From Paramoeba atlantica (Eukaryota > Protista > Discosea): 64,000 nt of DNA. Positions 50,796 through 63,815 of this stretch are shown in pieces (the first letter of the stretch is position 1; the number at the start of each line of letters is the position of its first letter). The notes below the pieces were generated by a model. The model was given only the letters and a program-made list of their open reading frames with translations. It had not been told where the DNA came from and made no database searches. The position numbers were made by a program, and so were the translations under genes. The DNA is taken from contig CDRNVI010000141.1 of the NCBI GenBank assembly GCA_977017575.1, positions 21,352 to 85,351 on the forward strand, read 5' to 3'.

Positions 50796-50896
50796 GCTTT
50801 TGGCAGACAACTGTCTTAGGTGGGACCAACCGAAATTGGAGTTCTTTCTTCTCTTGTTTTATTTGTTTCTTTTTCTTTTTTTTTTTCTTTTTTTTT

Positions 50897-50928
<32 letters not shown>

Positions 50929-52388
50929 TCTTTTTCTTTCTTTTCTTTTTCTTTTTCTTTCTTTTCTTTTAACTTTTCTCTCTCTTTTTTCTTTTTCTTT
51001 TAACTTTTCCTTTCTTCTCTCTTCTCTCTCCCCTTTTCTCTCCCTCTCTCCCTCTCTCTCTTCTCTCTCTTCTCTTTCTAGAGATCTTTCTGACAGAGGG
51101 ACTGTTCCATCAGAAATTGAAAATCTTCGTCATGCCTAATTATGTTTTTTTTTATTTTTATTTTTATTTTGATTTTGATTTTGATTTTTATTTTGATTTT
51201 TTATTTTATTTTGATTTTTGATTTTGATTTTGATTTTATTTTTATTTTTATTTTATTTTATGATTTTATTATTTTATTATTTTATTTTTTTTCTTTTTTT
51301 TATTATTCTTTTAATAATTTTATCATTTTCTTTTCTTTCTTTTTTCTTTTCCTTTTCTTTCTTTTCCTTTCCTTTCTTTTTCTCTTCTCTTCTCTTCTCT
51401 TCTCTTCTCTTCTTCTCTTCTCTTCTCTTTTCTTTTCTTCTCTTTTCTTCTCTTTTCTTCTCTTTTCTTCTCTTCTCTTTTCTTTCTTTCTTTTTTAGGA
51501 GTCAATTGACTGAAAGGAGAAAAAATCTTGGACAAAATTTCAAAACTTCGTTCTTTAACTGACTTGTAATTTTTTCTTTTTTCTTTTTTTTTCTTTTTCT
51601 TTTTCTTTTTCTTTTTCTTTTTCTTTTCTTTTTCTTTTTTTCTTTTTCTTTTCTTTTTCTTTCTTTTTCTTTCTTTTTTTTATCTTTTCGTTTCTTTCAT
51701 TTTTATTGAAATTATTTTTGATTTTATCAGATCACTGGAAGGGAATTTCTTTTCAGGGGCAATGCCTGTTGAATTTGCACAACTCTCTGATCTTCTTCAA
51801 ATGTTTTTTTTTTCTTTTTTTTTCTTTTTTTTTCTTTTTTCTTTCTTTTTTTCTTTTTTTCTTTTTTTCTTTTTTTCTTTTTTTTCTTTTTTTTTCTTTT
51901 TTTTTCTGATTATTTTTTGAATAAATTATTCTTCTGATGATTTTTTTTTTTCTTTCTTTCTCTCTCTTTTCTCTCTCACTTTTCTCTCTCTCTTTCTCTC
52001 TTTCTTCTCTCTCTCTCCTCTCTCTCTCTTTCTCTCTCTCCCTTTCATAATATTATTAGAGACATTGTTTCTAATAACTTCACGGGGACTTTGCCTACTG
52101 AATTTGGACAACTCTCCAATTTGACTTGGATGTTTTTTATTTTTTTTTATTTTTTTTAATTTATTTTATTTATTTTATTTTTTTATTTATTTTATTATTA
52201 TTTTTTATTATTTTTATTATTTTTATTATTTTTTTTTTCTTTTTTCCTTTTTAACTCTTATTTCTTTTCTTTCCCTCTTCTTTCTTTCTTTCTTTTTTCT
52301 TTCTTTCTTCTTTCTTTCTTTTCTCTTTGTAGGTATTTCAGTAAGAATTCATTCACAGGACCACCCAACTCACGAATCTTGTTCAAAT
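50796..52388 (+). pseudogene. LRR gene segment, copy 2 (six exons)
   Basis: Same six exons as 24369-26272 with small deletions and the same TGA in exon 3. Confidence 0.85.
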
Positions 52389-52559
52389 GTATTTTTTTCC
52401 TTTTTTTCTTTTTCTTTTTCTTTCTTTTTTTCTTTTTTTCTTTTTTTTCTTTTTTTTCTTTTTTCTTTTTTCTTTTTTTTTTTTTCCTTTTTCCTTTTTT
52501 CTTTCTTTTTCTTTTTTTTTTCTATTTTTCTTTTTTTTTTTCTTTTTCTTTTCTTTTTT

Positions 52560-52882
52560 TTCTTTTGTTTTTTGTTTTTTTTCTTTTTTTCTTTTGTTTT
52601 GTGTGTTTTTCCTTTTTTTTCTTTTTTTTTCTTTTCTTTTATCTTTTGTTTTTGTCTTTTTTACCTTTTATCTTTCCTCTTTTTAATCTTCTCCCCCTTC
52701 TCTTTTCTCCTCTTTCCCCTCTTTCTCTTTCTCTTTTCTTTTCTTTCCTTCTCTTTCTTTCCTTTTAAGACAGTGAAGTCGTTGAATTAGAAAAAGAGTG
52801 AAATCACGTATCAAAAAAGATCCTTTTTCTTCACAGTTTTTTTCTTTTTTCTTTTTTTTTCTTGTTTTTTTCTTTTCTTTTT

Positions 52883-52914
<32 letters not shown>

Positions 52915-54190
52915 TCTTTTCTTTTTTTTTTCTTTTTTCTTTTTTCTTTTTTTTTCTTTTTTTTTCTTTTTTTTTCTTTTTTTTTCTTTTTTTTTGTTTT
53001 GTTTATTGTTCTTTTCTTTTCTTTTCTTTTTTTTTGTTTTTTTTGTTTTTTTGTTTTTTTATTTTATTTTTTTCCTTTGTTTTCTTTTGTTTTTTTTTGT
53101 TTTTTGTTTTTTGTTTTTTTTTTGTTTTTTTTGTTTTTTTCCCTTTTCCTCCTCTTTCTCCTTTCTTCTCTTGATCAAAGCGAAAATAAAAAGAAAATTG
53201 TTGGTTCTCTCTTTTTTCTCTTTCTCTTTTCCCTCTTCCTTCCCCTTTCCTTTTTTTTCCTTTTCCTTTTTTCTTTATCTTTTTTCTTTCTTTTTTTCTT
53301 TTTTCTTCTCTTTGTTTCTTTTATCTTTTCTTTTTTTCTTCTCTTTTTTTCTCTTTTTTTTTCTTTTTTCTTTCTTGCTTCTTTTTTTCTTTTCTTTTTT
53401 TTTCTTTTCTTTTTCTTTTCTTTTTCTTTTTTTTCTTTTTTTTTCTTTTTTTTTCTTTTTTTTTCTTTTTTTTTCTTTTTTTTTCTTTTTTTTTCTTTTT
53501 TTTTTTTCTTTTTTTTTTTCTTTTTTTTTTCTTTTTTTTTCTTTTGTTTTCTTTTGTTTTTTTGTTTTCTCTTTCTTTTTTTTTTCCTTTTCCCTTTTCT
53601 TTCTTTTTTTTTTCTTTTGACCCTTTCTTTTCTCTTTCCCTCTCCTTTTTCCCTTCCTTTTCTTTTTCCTTTTCTTTTTTTCTCTTTTTTCTTTTTTTTT
53701 TTCTTTTTCTCTTTTCTCTTCTCTTTTCTTCTCTTTCTCCTTGTTTTTTTGATAAGGTTTTCTTTTCTTTTGAGTCTTTTTTTCTCTTATCTCTTATCTC
53801 TTTTCTCTTTTCTCTCTTTTCTTTTTTCCTTTTCTTTCCTTTCTTTCTCGAAAAAACCATTCAGGTACTCTTCTTTCTCCTTTTTCTCTCTTTCTTCTTT
53901 CTTCTCTTTCTTCTTTCTTCTCTTTCTTCTCTTTTCTTTTTTTCTCTTTTTCTCTTTTTTCCCCCTCTTTCTCTTTCTCTTTTTCTTTTTCTTTCTTTTT
54001 TATCTTATCTTATCTTTTATTTCAAAACAGATAAAAGACAAAAATGTTGTGAATTCATCAATTCTTTGAGGGGACACTGAATTACTCGAATCAGAGAAGA
54101 GTGTCAAGAAGATCCTTTTCCTTAATTGGTCTTTGTTTATTGTCTCAATCAGGGTTTTTCTCTTTTTTTTCTTCTTTTTTTCTTTTTTTT

Positions 54191-54222
<32 letters not shown>

Positions 54223-56282
54223 TCTTTTTTTTTCTTTTTTTCTTTTTTCTTTTTTTTTTTGAAAAATTATGAACCCTAAAATCTTTTTTTTTGTGCTAAA
54301 ATAATTTTTTTCCCCTGCCAGGGAGGAAAGAGCGAAAGGAGAGGGAAGAAAAGAGGAAAGAGAAAAAAGAAAAAAGCGAGATGAAAAAAAGAATTAAATT
54401 AAAAAAAAAAAAAAAGTAAAAAAAAAAGGGAAAGAGGAAGAAGGAGAGAAGGAGGAGAGAAGGAGGGAAGAGGTGAGGGGAAGAGGGAAAGGAAGGTTGG
54501 GAAGGTTGGGAAAGGAGGGGAAGGTTAGGAAGGTTGGGGAAGTTTAGGAAGGTTGGGGAAGGTTGGGATGCTTGGGAAAGTTGGGAAGAGGTGGGATCAT
54601 GTTCTCTTTTTTTCTTGAGGTTTATTCTTTTTTCTTTCTTTTTTTTTTTTTTTTTTCTCTTTTTATTTTTCTTTTCTTTTTTTTCTTCTTTTTCTTTTTC
54701 TTTTCTTTCTTTTTTTTCTTTCTTTTTCTTTCTTTTTTTTCTTTTTCTTTTTCTTTTTCTTTTTCTTTTTTTCTTTCTTTTTTTTTTTTTCTTTTCTTTC
54801 TTTTTTTTCTTTTTTTTCTTTTTTTTTTTTTTTCTTTTCTTTCTTTTTTTTCTTTTTTTTCTTTTTTCTTTTTTTCTTTTTTTCTTTCTTTTTTTTCTTT
54901 TTCTTTTTCTTTTTCTCTTTCTCTTTTCTTTTCTTTTTCTTTCTTTTCTTTCTTTTTTTTTTTCTTTTTTTTCTTTTTTTTTTCTTTTTTTTTTGTTTTT
55001 TTTTGTTTTTTTTCTTTTCCTTTTTGTTTTTTTTCTTTTTCTTTTTGTTTTTTTTCTTTTTGTTTTTTTCTTTTTTTTTTCTTTTTTTTTCTTTTCTTTT
55101 CTTTTCTTTTTTTCTTTTTTTCTTTTTCTTTTTCTTTTTGTTTTTGTTTTGTTTTGTTTTTTTTTTTATCTTTTCCTCTTTATCTTTCCTCTTTTTAATC
55201 TTTTCCCCTCTCTTCTCTTTTTCTCTCTTTCTTTCTTTCTCTTTCTTTTCTCCTTAACACAGGAAAGTTGTTTAATTGAAGAGAGTGTAATTCACGTATT
55301 AAAAAAATGTTCCTTTTTTCTTCATTGATTTTTTTCTTTTTTTCTTTTGTTTTTTTTCTTTTTTTTCTTTGTTTTTTTTCTTTTGTTTTTTCTTTTTTCT
55401 TTTTTTCTTTTGTTTTGTGTTTTTCCTTTTTTTTTTCTTTTCTTTCATCTTTTGTTTTTGTCTTTTTTATCTTTTCTCTTTCCTCTTTTTAATCTTCTCC
55501 CCCTTCTCTTTTCTCTTCTTTCCCCTCTTTCTCTTTCTCTTTTCTTTTCTTTCCTTCTCTTTCTTTCCTTTTAAGACAGTGAAGTCGTTGAAATAGAAAA
55601 GAGTGAAATCACGTATCAAAAGAGATCCTTTTTCTTCACAGTTTTTTCTTTTCTTTTTTTTTTCTTTTTTTTTTCTTTTTTTTTTCTTTTTTTTTTTTTT
55701 CTTTTTTCTTTTTTTTCTTTTTTCTTTTTTTTTTCTTTTTTTTTCTTTTTGTTTGTTTTGTTTGTTTTGTTTTGTTTTGTTTTGTTTATTGTTCTCTTCT
55801 TTTCTTTTCTTTTTTTTTGTTTTTTTTGTTTTTTTATTTTATTTTTTTCCTTTGTTTTCTTTTCTTTTTTTTTGTTTTTTTTTGTTTTTTTTTGTTTTTT
55901 TCCCTTTTCCTCCTCTTTCTCCTTTCTTTTCTTGATCAAAGCGAAAATAAAAAGAAAATTGTTGGTTCTCTCTTTTTTCTTTTTCTCTTTTCCCTCTTCC
56001 TTCCCCCTTTCCTTTTTTTTCCTTTCCTTTTTTCTTTTTCTTTTTTCTTTCTTTTTTTCTTTTTTCTTCTCTTTGTTTCTTTTATCTTTTCTTTTTTTCT
56101 TCTCTTTTTTTCTCTTTTTTTTTTCTTTTTTCTTTCTTGTTTCTTTTTTTCTTTTCTTTTTCTTTTCTTTTTCTTTTTTTTCTTTTTTTTTTCTTTTTTT
56201 TTCTTTTTTTTTCTTTTTTTTTCTTTTTTTTTCCTTTTTTTTCCTTTTTTTTTCTTTTTTTTTTCTTTTTTTTCTTTTTTTT

Positions 56283-56314
<32 letters not shown>

Positions 56315-56480
56315 CTTTGTTTTTGTTTTTTTGTTTTCTTTTTCTTTTTTTTTTCCTTTTCCCTTTCCTTTCCCTTTTCTTTCTTTTTTTTTCTTTTGAC
56401 TCTTTCTTTTCTCTTTCCCTCTCCTTTTCCCCTTTATTTTGTTTTTCCTTTTCCTTTTTTCTTCTTTTTCTTTTTTTTTT
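52560..56480 (+). repeat. ~2.8-kb-offset tandem duplication of pyrimidine-rich DNA with exon-like islands
   Basis: Islands 52767-52845 = 55572-55650 and 53169-53212 = 55931-55972; related islands at ~54030-54130 and ~55255-55325. Confidence 0.7.
54485..54595 (+). repeat. G-rich ~10-bp minisatellite (GGAAGGTTGG-like)
   Basis: Imperfect tandem units read directly. Confidence 0.7.
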
Positions 56481-57164
56481 TTTTATTTTTCCTTTTGTTT
56501 TTTTGTTTTGTTTTTATTTATTTTTTCTTGTTTTTCTTTTTTATTTGTTTATTTTTTTATTTGTTTTTTCTTTTTTCTTTTTTTTCCTTCTCTCTTACTT
56601 TTTCCCCCCTCTTCCTGAGGAGTAGTGTGTGTGTAACATGTACCTTTAATCTTTTTATTGAAGCCAAAAAGACTACAATATTTGTGTACAAAACAAATAT
56701 TGCAGCCTCTTTGGGGATTTTCAAGCATGTATGCAGCAGCGAGAGTGTGGTGGGGGGAAATTCAAAAAGAGGAGGCGTTTTTAACAAAAAGAGATCACCA
56801 GATTGATCTGATTTCATTATTTTTCAGGAGATGGTCCCAGAGGAGAGAAAAAACAACAAAAAGCAAAGAGAAAAGAGAGGATGAAGTTGACAAGAGAAAA
56901 AAATGGTAGTCGAGGTGGGGATTCTGTCTGGTGGGTTAATGAAACTGTGTGATGTTCTTTTGCTAACTTGACAGGGGCAAAGGGATTGGATTGTTTGTGT
57001 GTGTGAGAGATCTCCTCTCCTTTTGTTGAGATTGTTGTGAGAGTTCCAAAAGAGTTCCAAAAGAGAGAGAAAAAAAAAATTATTTTAATAATAATAATAA
57101 ATATTTTTCAACCAATAATTTATTTATTTTATACAAAAGGAAAGAGAAAGTATTCAACAAAATT

Positions 57165-57560
57165 TTAATCAACTTCCTCGATCTTGGGTTCAGCAGAAGA
57201 ACCAGATCCTCCTGCATTTCCACCAGAACCAGAGAAACCTCCAGAACCAGAATCACCACCAGGGAATCCACCAGCTCCACCAGGGAATCCACCAGGCATA
57301 CCTCCTCCTGGCATACCACTGGGCATACCACCAGGCACACCACCCTCACCACCAGCTCCTTGGTAGATCTTGGAGAAGATTGGCATCACCTTCTCTTCCA
57401 ATTCCTTCCTCCTGTGTTCAAACTCAGCAACAAAGAGTAAGCATAGTTCTCAAGTCCATTCTTCGCTTCAACCTTCTTACGAGCTTCCTCATCTTCATCC
57501 TTAAACTGTTCAGCATCCTTCACCATTCAATCAATATCAGCTTGAGACAATTGACTCCTG
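57165..57560 (-). pseudogene. HSP70: C-terminal fragment of cytosolic Hsp70
   Basis: [38 protein letters not shown], an internal deletion, then [23 protein letters not shown]...GGMP...EPKIEEVD*. Confidence 0.92.
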
Positions 57561-57562
57561 CG

Positions 57563-60470
57563 AGTTCTTCAACTCCTTCAAGTTCTTCAATTCTCTCAAG
57601 TTCCTCAGCTCCTTTCCAGTTCTTCAACTCCTTCAAGTTTTTCAACTCCTTTTCAAGTTCTTCAGGTTCTTCAACTTCATCTCGGTTTGTGATGAGAGAT
57701 GAATCTCACCGATATCTACTTGATGGCCTTTCACCTGTTCGTGGAAATGGGAAAGACGAGGCGCCCTCTTATGAAGACCTCCAGAACAGTTTTCTTCAAC
57801 TCTGAGAAGAGAGACAGCTGATGAACAAGGACTTGAGTGGCATGAGAAGACAAATCTCTCAACTCAGCTCGATGTTGATGGATCGACCCTTACCCATCTC
57901 AAGACTCTGGAACGTATACAAAGGCTCAAAGAGATAATCTGAGAGAACTGGTAAAAGAAACGAATTTTTCGGACCCCACTGAAGTGAACGATTTTTGTTA
58001 TGTGGCGAGAGAAAAGCTGAACTCAAAAGTCTCGCCAAATGTGGCACCTCTTGGGAGGGATCTGAAGTTATTTATCAAACTGCCTAACTCAATTAGTTGG
58101 AAGATGGTGAGCGAGTCCCAAGATCCACTTGTTTTGCTTGAGGCTTTGCGGAAAATGTTTGGACAAACTGAAGAGGAGATGACAGACTCGTCCAGGTACC
58201 AAAATTTTCGAATGCCTAATTCGAAAATGAGCAAGTTCCAGCAGTACGCGACCCATTTTCTCGATCAAAATTTGAAGAAGAACAAAATTTCTCGAAGGGA
58301 TGCGCGTGATAGAGATATTATTGACGAATTTGCTGAGAAATTTGAACAAGGGTCTGTATTCAAGGCGAAGTTTAAGGATTTGGGAAGAAAACTTAATTGG
58401 GAGGATACAGTGAAGAGATTTCTTGTCGATCTGAAGTTCACTCTGGAGTGCTCGACGCCAGAACCTCGATTAGCAAAGATTGGAGTTCAGGATACGGCAG
58501 AGTATCAAAAGATTGCAGACCAAACTGATCGAAAGAGAAAGAGGGAAGAACCTTTTTGTTTCATTTGTGGTGGAGCTCATCTTCTCCGACTTTGTCGCTT
58601 GATGGAGGGATTGCGGTCTGAATCCGCAGCTTCTTTCAGGACTCAAGGGAAGATGAGATGTCCACTTTGCGGCTTTACAGACCATGGAAGTCGCCAGTGT
58701 TTCTGGTTGAACACTGCGAAATTCATAAGGGTTCGCAATTGTCAAATGCCATTTTCGGTAAGGACCCCCTGGAGGAGAGCAATGGAACAATATTCCAAAG
58801 CAATCCAAAAGGAGTACCCTGAGACAATGGATTATCAAAAATGGCTACACGGGGAGACCAGAACCCCCATGAAAACTGACTCCCAAAGACGGAAAGAACC
58901 TCAAAAGAAGTTCTGGAAACTAATTGAAAGAGCTTCCGAACTTTTTGATGCAATGGAAGGTGGAACACTAACACCTGAAGAGGGCACAAAAATACTGGCA
59001 AGGTTTGACTTCTTTACAATTTGACAAATCTGAAAAATACTAAGAGATCTTGGAAACAGGATACAAATCACACTTTGGTTAATCTGACTGACAAAGAATT
59101 TGTTATATTTGACAAGAAGATCTTGACGAGAGAAGTATTTCCGAAACTGAGTCAAATAAATAACAATTTGTTAACCATACACCCCTTTTACTGTTGATCA
59201 AAAATGCATACATGATTCTGGTGCTGGAATTGATGTGGTGTCTGAAAAGCCCATTAAAAACATTGTACCAAGAATGAGAAGACCATATCAAGGCGGCAAG
59301 GTCACTATGGCAAGGGAGGAAGTTCTCCTTGAAATCAACATTGCTGCTGGGGAAAGGAGGAGACACTGGGTTCACAGTCTTAAATGAGCTCTCTTCCAGC
59401 ATTATTTTTGGAACTCCATTTCTTTCAAAGATTGGAGCTGTCCTTGACTTTGACAAAGGAAAAATCGAATTCCGAAAATTGTTGCATGGGCAAACATTGA
59501 CTTTCCCTTTTTGCAGAAAAATAAAGACAATTCTCAAATTTCCGCGGTTCTTCCAGAACCTGTGGGGAAATTGGTGAATTGAAAACAGTTGAATGGATAA
59601 CTTTAGAGCCCATGGAACAATCAGAAGAGACCCTCCAGTTGGAACCTGGGAAAGGACGTCTGAAGTCTTCAATACAAAATCCTGAGTGAGAATGATTCTG
59701 GAGAACCGAAAAAATATCGTGTTCAGATCACCACTGCAGCAGGAAAAATAAGATATGAATGGTTTTTACATGAACAATTAAAAGACTCTGAACTTCTGAA
59801 AGATTACCTCTTAGAAAAAGAGAATGCAAGGAGAGAAATTCATAAAATCCTCCGCGAGACCCATTCTCCTGAGAGAATTCAGAAAAAGACGAAAATTAAC
59901 ACAATCCACAAATTCAAACCTTGGACAAGAAAATAAGGGATTTGACACCCAAATTATCCAAGAAAGAATATACAATGGATATAATCAATATCTTGTTGTT
60001 GGCCCTACTGGCAGAGGAAGAATTCAAAAACGTTGGATGTACGAAGAAGATGTGAAAGATTCACATGGGAATGAATTAGAAAATTACCTCGAAATGAAGG
60101 GATAAAGAGACTAATCTTCCGGAACTGCGAAAGGAGATCGAATTTTTTTTTCTACTTTCACGCCTGAGGGTTTTTTGCGCCGTGTTTGTCCTGGTTTTCC
60201 CTCGAACCAAGGGCTTTCCACTCGTGTGGTTTTTCCCTTGCTATCTTTGCTATTTTGCTATTTTGCTATCCTTGACAGTCAGACTCGAACAAACAATTCA
60301 AGAAGAGTTTGCCAAGTGAGGACACTTGATTTTTCAAAAAGGGGGGAGAGGTGTAAATACGGAAATCCTTTGCAGCTTCGAAAACAAAACTCTTTCGATT
60401 CTCTTGGTCAAACCAGAAACGTGCAAACAAGGAACCGAACGGAAACGAACACAAAATATCCTAATAAGAT
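57563..60470 (+). mobile_element. 5'-truncated non-autonomous chromovirus derivative: gag-protease-CHD-CHD, PPT (60336-60351), 3' LTR from 60352
   Basis: Gag knuckles CFICGGAHLLRLC and CPLCGFTDHGSRQC; protease HDSGAG...IIFGTPFL; two chromodomain-like segments (~59670-59815, ~59945-60105); aaaaaggggggagagg|TGTAAATA. No RT/RH/IN between protease and CHD. Confidence 0.8.
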
Positions 60471-60499
60471 ATTGTTGTTGGGCATTTGTCTCTTCATTC

Positions 60500-60880
60500 A
60501 GACCCAAAAATTGAACAAAAACCTCCAAGAGAATCATTTCCTTAAGCATATATTCAGGATCTTCTTTATCTCAACTACCCAGTTGTATCTGGACCACCCA
60601 GTAATTGTATGAAGACCTTCTTCCAAGAACCCCCCCCCCCCAAAGCAGTATTGCCTGCCTCATCCCAGTTATCCTGTTGCCAGTGAACCAATGATGAGGA
60701 AGACTTCTATGTTGAGCAGCCACTGCCACAACTTCAACTCAACCAACCTCCTTTTTCCACTAAACTTTGAGTCAAGAAAGTAATCTTGGTAGATCCACAT
60801 CACACATTGTGTATTATTCAATCTCACTGCTGTCTAAAATCATCAGCCTTGTTCACATTTTTTTCTCAACCCATCACTCG
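60500..60880 (+). mobile_element. Relic 3' end (GPY/F-like region and chromodomain) of another chromovirus
   Basis: Frameshifted LDHPVIV, DEEDFYVEQ, QESNL. Confidence 0.4.
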
Positions 60881-62005
60881 CCGCACAAAGGATTAAGAAA
60901 CAGAAAATTTCTTTTAAAAAGAAATTTATTGTTGTTTACCAACTAAATTCAACTTTTGGCGAAAACAGCAATAAAAAGAAATCAAAGAGCAGAAAAGAAA
61001 AAAAAGGAGAGAAACAAGAAAAGAAAAAAAAGGAAAACAGGGGGAAAAAAAGAAAAAAAAAGAAGGAAAAAGGGTAAAAAAAAAAGAAACCAAAGGAAAA
61101 AGAGATTCAAACACAAAGTTCCTTTCTCCAAGAAAGTTTCCTCTCTTTCTCTTCTCTTTCCTCTCTTCCTCTCTTTCTTCTCTTTCTTCTCTTTCTTCTC
61201 TTCCCTCCCTTTCCTCTCTCTCTCTCTCTTTCTTCTCTTTCTTCTTTCTCTCTTCTCTCTCTTCTGTCACCTGTGCTGCTCACCAAAAAAAAGAAACAAA
61301 AAAAGCGGTTGAACCGCTGATTTAGATCCCTTAATTTTTCAGGACATCGAAAACCGTGGAAGATGCTTTTTGTAAACTCAATAAACTGCTTTTTGGTTTT
61401 TTTTTTTTTCGTTTCTCTCTCTTTCTTGTTTCTCCCTTTTTTTCCCCCTTTCCCCACTCTTTTCTCTTCTCAAGTTGTCCCCTCCTTTTTTTTCTCTCAT
61501 TCTCCTTTTTCCAAAACAATTCATGCTGTTGTTCCCTGTCTCAGGTTGTGGCACCTTTCTTTTCAGGGGATCCGTCTCGGTGGGTGTGTTGTGTGATCTT
61601 GGGGTTGTGGTGATCTGCGCCAGCTCAAACCAAGAGGTCTTTTTTTTTTCATTTTTTTTTATTTTTTTCATTTTTTTCATTTTTTCCTTCTTTCCTTTTT
61701 TTTCTTATTTTTTCCCTTTTTTTCTTTTTTTTTTCCTTCTTTTTTTTCTTTTTTTTTTCCTTTTTCCTTTTTCCTTTTTTTTCCTTTTTCTCTTTGAAAA
61801 ACAAAAGAGAGAGAAAAGAAAAGGGAATTTGGAAGGAAAAGAAGAAGAAGATAAAAAAAGAGAGAGGGAGAGAAAAAAAGAGAGAAAGAGTGAAAGAAAG
61901 AAAAAAAAGAGAGTAGAGAAAGAAAAAGAGAAAAGTGAAGAAAAAAAAGAGAAAAAGGTGAGAAAAAGAAAAAAGAGAAAGGGTGAGAGGAGAAAGAAAA
62001 AAAAA

Positions 62006-62078
62006 AGCACCAGGAGGGACTCGAACCCACAACCACCAGCTCAGAAGGCCGATGCGCTACCAATTGCGCCACTAGTGC
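62006..62078 (-). tRNA. trnR-UCU: tRNA-Arg(TCT)
   Basis: GCACTAG acceptor, GCGC D-stem, loop CT-TCT-GA, TTCGAGT T-loop (one T-T mismatch in the T stem), then an oligo-T terminator. Confidence 0.88.
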
Positions 62079-62254
62079 ATTTCTGAAAAATATTTTCCAT
62101 TTTTTTTGTGTCCTTCTCTCTCTCTTCTCTCGGAGTCTCAAGAGGAGGGAGGTTTGTTGGTTGTGATTCTTTTGTTCCAATGGGGATTGGGAAGATTTCA
62201 TCTGGAAAAAAGAGAGATAATGGTTTTTTTTTTGTTTTTTCTTTTGGATTTGTT

Positions 62255-62302
62255 TCATACTCTCTGGATGCTAATTTGAAAATTCGGACCCAGAGAGTAT
62301 GA
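62255..62302. repeat. Hairpin element copy H5
   Basis: tcatactctctggatgc-taatttgaaaattc-ggacccagagagtatga; 13-bp perfect outer arms. Confidence 0.8.
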
Positions 62303-62608
62303 ATATATGATCACAAAAATATACCCAATCACAAAAGGGATGAAAAACAAAATGAACCCTGTGGGGAAGGAAAAAAAACAAATTTTTGAGAAAAGGAGAA
62401 TGAGGGAGGAAGGGGGGGGGAAAAAATAGAGCTTTAATTATGGAGGAGCAAGAAAATGAAAAAAAAAAAAGGAAAGAAAAAAAGAAGAAAAAAGAAAAAA
62501 AAAAGATCCAGGAACCATCAAGACAGAGAAAAAGAAGGTTGGTGGGGAAGAAAATTGAGAAAAGAAAAAAAGAAAAAAGAAAAGAAAAAAAGAAAGAAAA
62601 AAAGGAGA

Positions 62609-62728
62609 AGGTCTTCAGCACTCGGGATTCGAATGTGGTCACCCACCATTCTACTAACCGAGCCCACAGCTGCTTAACTTCCGAGTTCTGATGGGATCGG
62701 GTGCTTTCAACTGGGTATGACCGAAGAC
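62609..62728 (-). rRNA. 5S: 5S rRNA (identical to 49773-49892)
   Basis: Same sequence, different flanks. Confidence 0.97.
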
Positions 62729-62830
62729 ACTTTCTCTTCTTTTTTTTCTTCTTTTAACAAAATGATAAATTTTGAATCATCCCCTTTTTTTCTGGAAAAG
62801 AAGATAACCTCCTCACCTCCCTCTCCCTCT

Positions 62831-62911
62831 CTGTTCTCCCTGTTCTCCCTGTTCTCCCTGTTCTCCCTGTTCTCCCTGTTCTCCCTGTTCTCCCTGTTCT
62901 CCCTGTTCTCC
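62831..62911 (+). repeat. 9-bp minisatellite (CTGTTCTCC)x9
   Basis: Perfect tandem array between the ubiquitin 3' end and the 5S 5' end. Confidence 0.95.
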
Positions 62912-63014
62912 CTGTCCTTTCTCCTCTCTTTCTCTCTCAGCAATTCTCAAAAAAAAACTGATTCATTTTTTCCAATAAATAAGTCGTTAAATAAATAGAT
63001 ATCTTTTATTTCTT

Positions 63015-63815
<801 letters not shown>

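Noticed and set aside
54311-54322. CCCCTGCCAGG match to the U1 snRNA 5' region (minus strand)
   Set aside because: The ACTTAC 5' end and the rest of U1 are absent.
15600-56600. Numerous long F/L/S-rich or K/R/E-rich ORFs (e.g. 52798-54069, 31051-31686)
   Set aside because: They are translations of T/C or A/G microsatellite tracts that lack stop codons for compositional reasons.
56600-57060. Possible exon(s) with a SOCS-box-like LQYLCTKQI
   Set aside because: No consistent frame or splice structure could be established by eye.
61306-61345. gcggttgaaccgc hairpin followed by an Sm-like aatttttc tract (possible snRNA)
   Set aside because: Single copy, non-canonical Sm site, no similarity to U snRNAs; equally consistent with a splice acceptor.
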